Assembly: GCF_001194135.2 (NCBI RefSeq)
Contig: NC_068982.1
Location: 120,258,797-120,322,796 of the forward strand
Source of the DNA: Octopus bimaculoides
Lineage: Eukaryota
Length of the DNA: 64,000 nt
Direction of reading: 5' to 3'
The position numbers and the translations under genes are program-made. Of the stretch, positions 62,951-64,000 are shown one piece after another (within the stretch, counting starts at the first letter, position 1; the number at the start of each line of letters is the position of its first letter). Under the pieces are notes generated by a model. The model was not told the DNA's origin. It made no database searches and was given only the letters and a program-made list of their open reading frames with translations.

Positions 62951-63649
62951 CGTTTGTGCCAGTGGATGACTTTTCAACACTAGGTTGGCTCTCTCCTGAG
63001 GGACGTGCTTCCAGATTAATCATAGGACAAGCGATTTGGTGTACTGTTGTAGTTTTCCTTTGTGTTTCGTTAGACAGAGTTGTGTACATTAAAATTATTA
63101 GTATTGAACCCTGTATTGTGACAGATGTAGAAACGGTTGTTGTCTCTGACACTACTGTCGACTCTGCCGTTATGTTACTTTAATCTTGCTATTAAAGCAT
63201 TGCTCATCATTAGTTACCACTAATTGTGCTTTGATCTGTATAGTTGTGGCTAACCTTTGTAGCCATGGTGACAGTATAGCCATTATTTATTTAAATCTGC
63301 CACCTTTGCTACTACTACTGTGTGGTATTATTAAATGTTGCTTAGTTCAACTTTTGTCTTATACTTGAGGTAATCATTAATATGTGAGGGTTGAAGGGAA
63401 TAGTAAGTAGGAGGTAGAGGAGCAGCCTTTTGAATAGACCAAATACCACAGGTATGTAAATAGATTCGGCAGATGGCGAGGAGATCAGCAATGGACATTC
63501 CTGTGCGATAAGGAGACAAAAGAGGCCTTACACCCTTGTGGTCAGCAGAGGTCAATGTGTTTACTACTAGTAGTGATCAGTGAGAGTGCTGATCTTGGCC
63601 TTGAAAAGAACCAATTCACCCTGTTCTATTTTTAATTAATGATAGAAAA

Positions 63650-63692
63650 CAACAACAACAACATCAACAACAGCAACAACAACAACAACAGC

Positions 63693-63776
<84 letters not shown>

Positions 63777-64000
63777 TAATTCGTTTTATTGGCCACAAGG
63801 GCTAATATCAATTAAAAACATATAAGGACAAAGACAGGACGAAGGTTACAAAAGGTTTTGTCCGAAAAGGTAGGAAAGTTCGTCTAAACAGAGGAAGAAA
63901 ACGGAGAAAGATATAATAAATAAATAGATAAATAAATAAGTAGAACTCCCAAAGGGGGAGGCGCTTCGAAAAAGGAAAGGTTACACGTGGAAAAACCCAT
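63650..64000 (-). mobile_element. (AAC)n(AAT)n tail plus probable 3' end of a non-LTR element
   Basis: Trinucleotide tail 63650-63780 abutting a purine-rich (+ strand) tract like a reverse-oriented LINE/SINE 3' UTR. Confidence 0.35.

Overview
AT-rich, repeat-dense eukaryotic DNA with many assembly gaps (N runs next to microsatellites). The SINE families and a cox1 NUMT point to an octopus; species identity is inference. No CRISPR arrays, rRNA genes or true tRNA genes are supported, and almost all long ORFs in the supplied track are artefacts of N gaps or microsatellites. The main content is a + strand multi-exon gene the ORF track misses, reconstructed by hand from GT-AG splice sites. It has 14 coding exons from 20705 to 61402 (1166 nt, 388 codons + 2 nt, open throughout): signal peptide, one LDLa module, a linker exon, an LRR N-cap and ten consecutive 72-nt phase-2 LRR exons. 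This is the ectodomain of a type-C1 LGR (relaxin-family RXFP1/2, Drosophila Lgr3/Lgr4 type) receptor; the hinge and 7TM part must lie beyond the window. The upstream region and introns hold remnants of Dong/R4, RTE, L1/Tx1-like, CR1/L2-like and Penelope-like retroelements, mariner, Tc1, DD41D, Chapaev3-like, hAT and Helitron-like DNA elements, two tRNA-derived SINE families, a very young 613-bp foldback element with 202-bp arms, a cox1 NUMT and local duplications.
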